From positions 1-42,402 of the forward strand of contig JACQGM010000364.1 of NCBI GenBank assembly GCA_016199585.1: a stretch of DNA of 42,402 nt, written 5' to 3'. Made by a program: the position numbers and the translations under genes. The notes beneath the pieces are model-generated. The model made no database searches and had not been told where the DNA came from. It was given only the letters and a program-made list of their open reading frames with translations. The DNA comes from Armatimonadota bacterium. Lineage in GTDB: Bacteria > Armatimonadota > JAAZEB01. Of this stretch, positions 39,884-42,402 are shown in pieces (the stretch's first letter is position 1; every line of letters starts with the position of its first letter).

Positions 39884-40762
39884 CTACGCTTCCCGCAGCC
39901 GCGCCAGGATGGCGGCGAGCCTCCGGCGGTCCGCCTCGCCCAGGGGACCGGCGGGGCCGCGCACCGGGCCGGCGGGGTGGCCGATCTGCGCCAGCGCCTC
40001 TTTGATCACTGCCGGGAAGGTGCCCATGGCGAAGACCTGGCGCAGCGGGTGCAGGGCGTACTGGGCCTTCCGGGCGCCCTCCAGGTCGCCGGCGCGGTAG
40101 CGCTCATAGACGGCGACCACCTTCTCGGGGAAGATGCCGGCGCTGGCAGCCACGGCGCCGCTCCCGCCCATGACGAGGGTGGCGAGGATCAGCGAGTCCA
40201 TGCCGGCCATGACGCCGAACCCGGCCGGACCGGCGGCGATGTAGGACATGGTGAGGGCGAGCTGCCCGCTGCTGTCCTTGATGCCGATGACGTTGTGCGC
40301 GGCGGTGAGGCGGGTCACCACCTCGGGGGGGATGGTGATCTGGGTGCGGAGCGGGTGGTTGTAGAGGAGCGTGGGGATGCTCACGCTGTCCGCGATCGCC
40401 GCGAAGTGCGCGTACAGCTCCTCGGCGCTCGGGGGCACGAAGGCCGGAACGATCACGGAGAGGGCATCGGCGCCGGCGCGCTCGGCGGCGCGGGCGGCGC
40501 GGATGCTCTCGCGCGTGGAGGGGAGCCCCGCGCCGGCCATCACCGGCACCCGCCCCGCCGTCTCCTCCGCGACCGCGGCAATCACCCGCTCCCGCTCCGC
40601 GTGCGTGAGCACGTACGCTTCCCCTGTCGAGCCGGTGGGAAAGAGTCCGTGGACTCCTCCGGCCAGCAGGCGGCGCACCAGCGCGCGCAATCCCGCCTCG
40701 TCTACCTCGCCCTCCGCCGTGAAGGGCGTCACCATCGCCGGAATGATACCTTCGATCTTCAT
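39884..40762 (-). CDS. DapA/NAL-family class I aldolase (dihydrodipicolinate synthase family; exact substrate not assignable)
   Basis: Start at the ATG at 40762 (MKIEGIIPAMVTPF). TGSTGE motif and Schiff-base lysine context IGIKDSSG. 292 aa. Confidence 0.85.
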   Translation of the reverse strand: MKIEGIIPAMVTPFTAEGEVDEAGLRALVRRLLAGGVHGLFPTGSTGEAYVLTHAERERVIAAVAEETAGRVPVMAGAGLPSTRESIRAARAAERAGADALSVIVPAFVPPSAEELYAHFAAIADSVSIPTLLYNHPLRTQITIPPEVVTRLTAAHNVIGIKDSSGQLALTMSYIAAGPAGFGVMAGMDSLILATLVMGGSGAVAASAGIFPEKVVAVYERYRAGDLEGARKAQYALHPLRQVFAMGTFPAVIKEALAQIGHPAGPVRGPAGPLGEADRRRLAAILARLREA

Positions 40763-40775
40763 CGGATCCCCCAAG

Positions 40776-42402
40776 TCACCGGGCGCTCGGCACCTTGTGG
40801 CGCTCCCGCCGGCGATGGCCGTTTCCGGCGGCCTCTGTCGCCTGCTGAAGCGCCTCGCGCTCCACGCGGGCGGCTTCACCGGAGCGGCGCACCGCCGCCA
40901 CCAGGCCCCCCGTCAGCACCAGCACCGTGCCGAGCCAGAGCACGTTGATCAAAGGTTTATTACTCACGTCCACCACAACTTCCTCTCGCGGGCCGGCGGG
41001 CGCCGCCGTCGGGAGGCCGGTGATGGAGAGCTGGACCCGCGGGACGGCGATGCCTGCCAACTCAACCGAGATGCCGGTGCCCGGGAGCTTCGCGGGATGG
41101 GGCACCAGCTCGCTCGATTCACTCGGGGTCACGGAGGGCACCACCGTCGCGCTCTTGCCGTCCGGCTGCTGCACCTTCACCACGGCGCCGATGGACCCGC
41201 CGCCGTCGCCGTGCCCGCTCATGTCGAACTTCTCGAAGGTGAAGGTATACCCGCCGGCCTTCAGCGACTCTCCCTTCCCCAGCTCGCCGTGCTTGGCGCC
41301 GGGGTCCTCGCTTTGGCGGAGCTCGACCGGCGAGACGTAGATGTCCTGAAGGAGGTACTTCCGCACGGCGGGGGAGTGTACCCAGGAATTCATCTGGGGG
41401 CTGAAGACCATGCGCGGGGTGGCGGCGAACTCGCTGCCGCCGCGCGAGAGCGTGAGCTTCATCTCGCGCCGCGTCTCGCTCGGACTCTCCGTGCCGAGGA
41501 GCTTCACCCGGTAGCCGAGCGCCTCCTTCGTCTCACCCGGGTGCAGCACCAGCTTCTCCGAGCGGCTGTAGACCGACGAGCCGACGATGCCGATGAGCAT
41601 GAGGGCGAGACCCACGTGGCTCAGCGGCGCCCCGGCGTGCAGGGGGTTCTCGCGCAGGGCGCGTCTCAGCACCCCCACGGCCACGGAGAGGCAGAGGAGA
41701 GAAGCGGCGATGAGGAGGAGCATCCAGCCGCTGCGCACTCCAATCAGGAACGCCGCCGCGGTGCCGATCAGGGCGACAACGCCGTGGGGCGTCAGGCGCT
41801 TCCTGATCACTTCCGCAGCGGTGTGCCGCCAGGAGAGGAGCGGCGCCATCGCCATGATGATCCCGAGCAGCACGGCCACCGGGTAGTGGGTGCGGTTGTA
41901 GAAGCCGGGCTGCAGGGACGCGGGCTTCACATCGAACCCCAAGCGCGCCAGCACCGAGGAAAGGATCGGCGCCGACGTGCCGAAGGTGACGATGGCCGCC
42001 GAGATGAAGAGCACCAGCATCCCGAAGAAGAAGGAAAAGTCGCGCGAGGCGAGGTTGTCGTAGGTGGTATCGGTCTCGATCTCGCGCACGCGGCGCACAA
42101 AGAGGATCGCGGGAGCGACGAGCGACAGGACCATCCCCAGAACCAGCGTCCAATACAGTGCGGCGCCCGCCTCCGCGAAGGAGTGGACGGAGAAGTCCGC
42201 CAGCACGCCGCTGCGGGTGAGGAAGGTCCCGTAGAGCACCATCACGAAGGAGGCGACGGCCAGGAGCAGCGTGGTGCGCTTCATCGTGCCGCGCGCTCGC
42301 TGCGCCAGCATCCCGTGCAGCAGCGCGGTGGCGAGGAGCCAGGGGATGAGCGAGGCGTTCTCCACCGGGTCCCAGCCCCAGTAGCCGCCCCAGCCGAGGA
42401 CG
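40776..42402 (-). CDS. ccmF: Cytochrome c maturation heme lyase, CcmF family (5' end outside the window)
   Basis: Reading the minus strand from the window end gives VLGWGGYWGWDPVENASLIPWL, the Trp-rich WGxxWxWD heme-handling motif. Many TM helices and a C-terminal periplasmic domain follow. There is no start codon within the window. Confidence 0.8.
   Translation of the reverse strand, partial: VLGWGGYWGWDPVENASLIPWLLATALLHGMLAQRARGTMKRTTLLLAVASFVMVLYGTFLTRSGVLADFSVHSFAEAGAALYWTLVLGMVLSLVAPAILFVRRVREIETDTTYDNLASRDFSFFFGMLVLFISAAIVTFGTSAPILSSVLARLGFDVKPASLQPGFYNRTHYPVAVLLGIIMAMAPLLSWRHTAAEVIRKRLTPHGVVALIGTAAAFLIGVRSGWMLLLIAASLLCLSVAVGVLRRALRENPLHAGAPLSHVGLALMLIGIVGSSVYSRSEKLVLHPGETKEALGYRVKLLGTESPSETRREMKLTLSRGGSEFAATPRMVFSPQMNSWVHSPAVRKYLLQDIYVSPVELRQSEDPGAKHGELGKGESLKAGGYTFTFEKFDMSGHGDGGGSIGAVVKVQQPDGKSATVVPSVTPSESSELVPHPAKLPGTGISVELAGIAVPRVQLSITGLPTAAPAGPREEVVVDVSNKPLINVLWLGTVLVLTGGLVAAVRRSGEAARVEREALQQATEAAGNGHRRRERHKVPSAR

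Overview
Very GC-rich bacterial chromosomal segment (about two-thirds to 70 % G+C by eye, not computed). I see no rRNA, tRNA, CRISPR array or intact transposon. About 33 protein genes are credible. Many long ORFs in the track are antisense or off-frame shadows, which are typical of high-GC DNA. In order along the window:
- 94-3309: an RND efflux permease.
- 3396-5965: a small decayed accessory patch with an Rpn-type PD-(D/E)XK nuclease, two orphan genes and a katG C-terminal relic.
- 6047-8338: an OmpR/HisKA two-component pair.
- 8417-13240: a secreted lipoprotein, a PIN-toxin relic, a TPR + SGNH-like protein and a DUF4380-like protein.
- 13660-17584: three translationally coupled membrane/zinc-ribbon genes of unknown function.
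- 17755-21017: a CBM-containing secreted protein and gltX.
- 21189-24300: anti-sigma, DUF4097 and ECF sigma genes.
- 24325-27219: a lipoyl/PSBD protein, a ketosynthase and a catalytically dead ketosynthase.
- 27308-28896: an Ldh_2 dehydrogenase and a peroxiredoxin.
- 28923-30818: dCMP deaminase, a P-loop kinase and NudC.
- 30852-31510: a structured repeat array.
- 31611-37709: a packed minus-strand operon (xylB, methyltransferase, GHL10-like hydrolase, cca).
- 38034-42402: a frameshifted Uma2 nuclease, an AI-2E transporter, a DapA-family aldolase and a partial ccmF.

Most unusual observations:
1. A 48-nt AT-rich perfect palindrome sits in frame inside cca.
2. An in-frame TGA falls exactly at the catalytic Cys position of an AhpE-like peroxiredoxin, making it a candidate selenoprotein.
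3. A KS / dead-KS pair is coupled to a lipoyl-arm protein with no ACP in the window.
4. A tandem array of long imperfect hairpins shows compensatory substitutions between copies.
5. A three-gene membrane/zinc-ribbon operon has no recognisable function.

All family assignments come from reading the translations and from memory of motifs. No database search was run.
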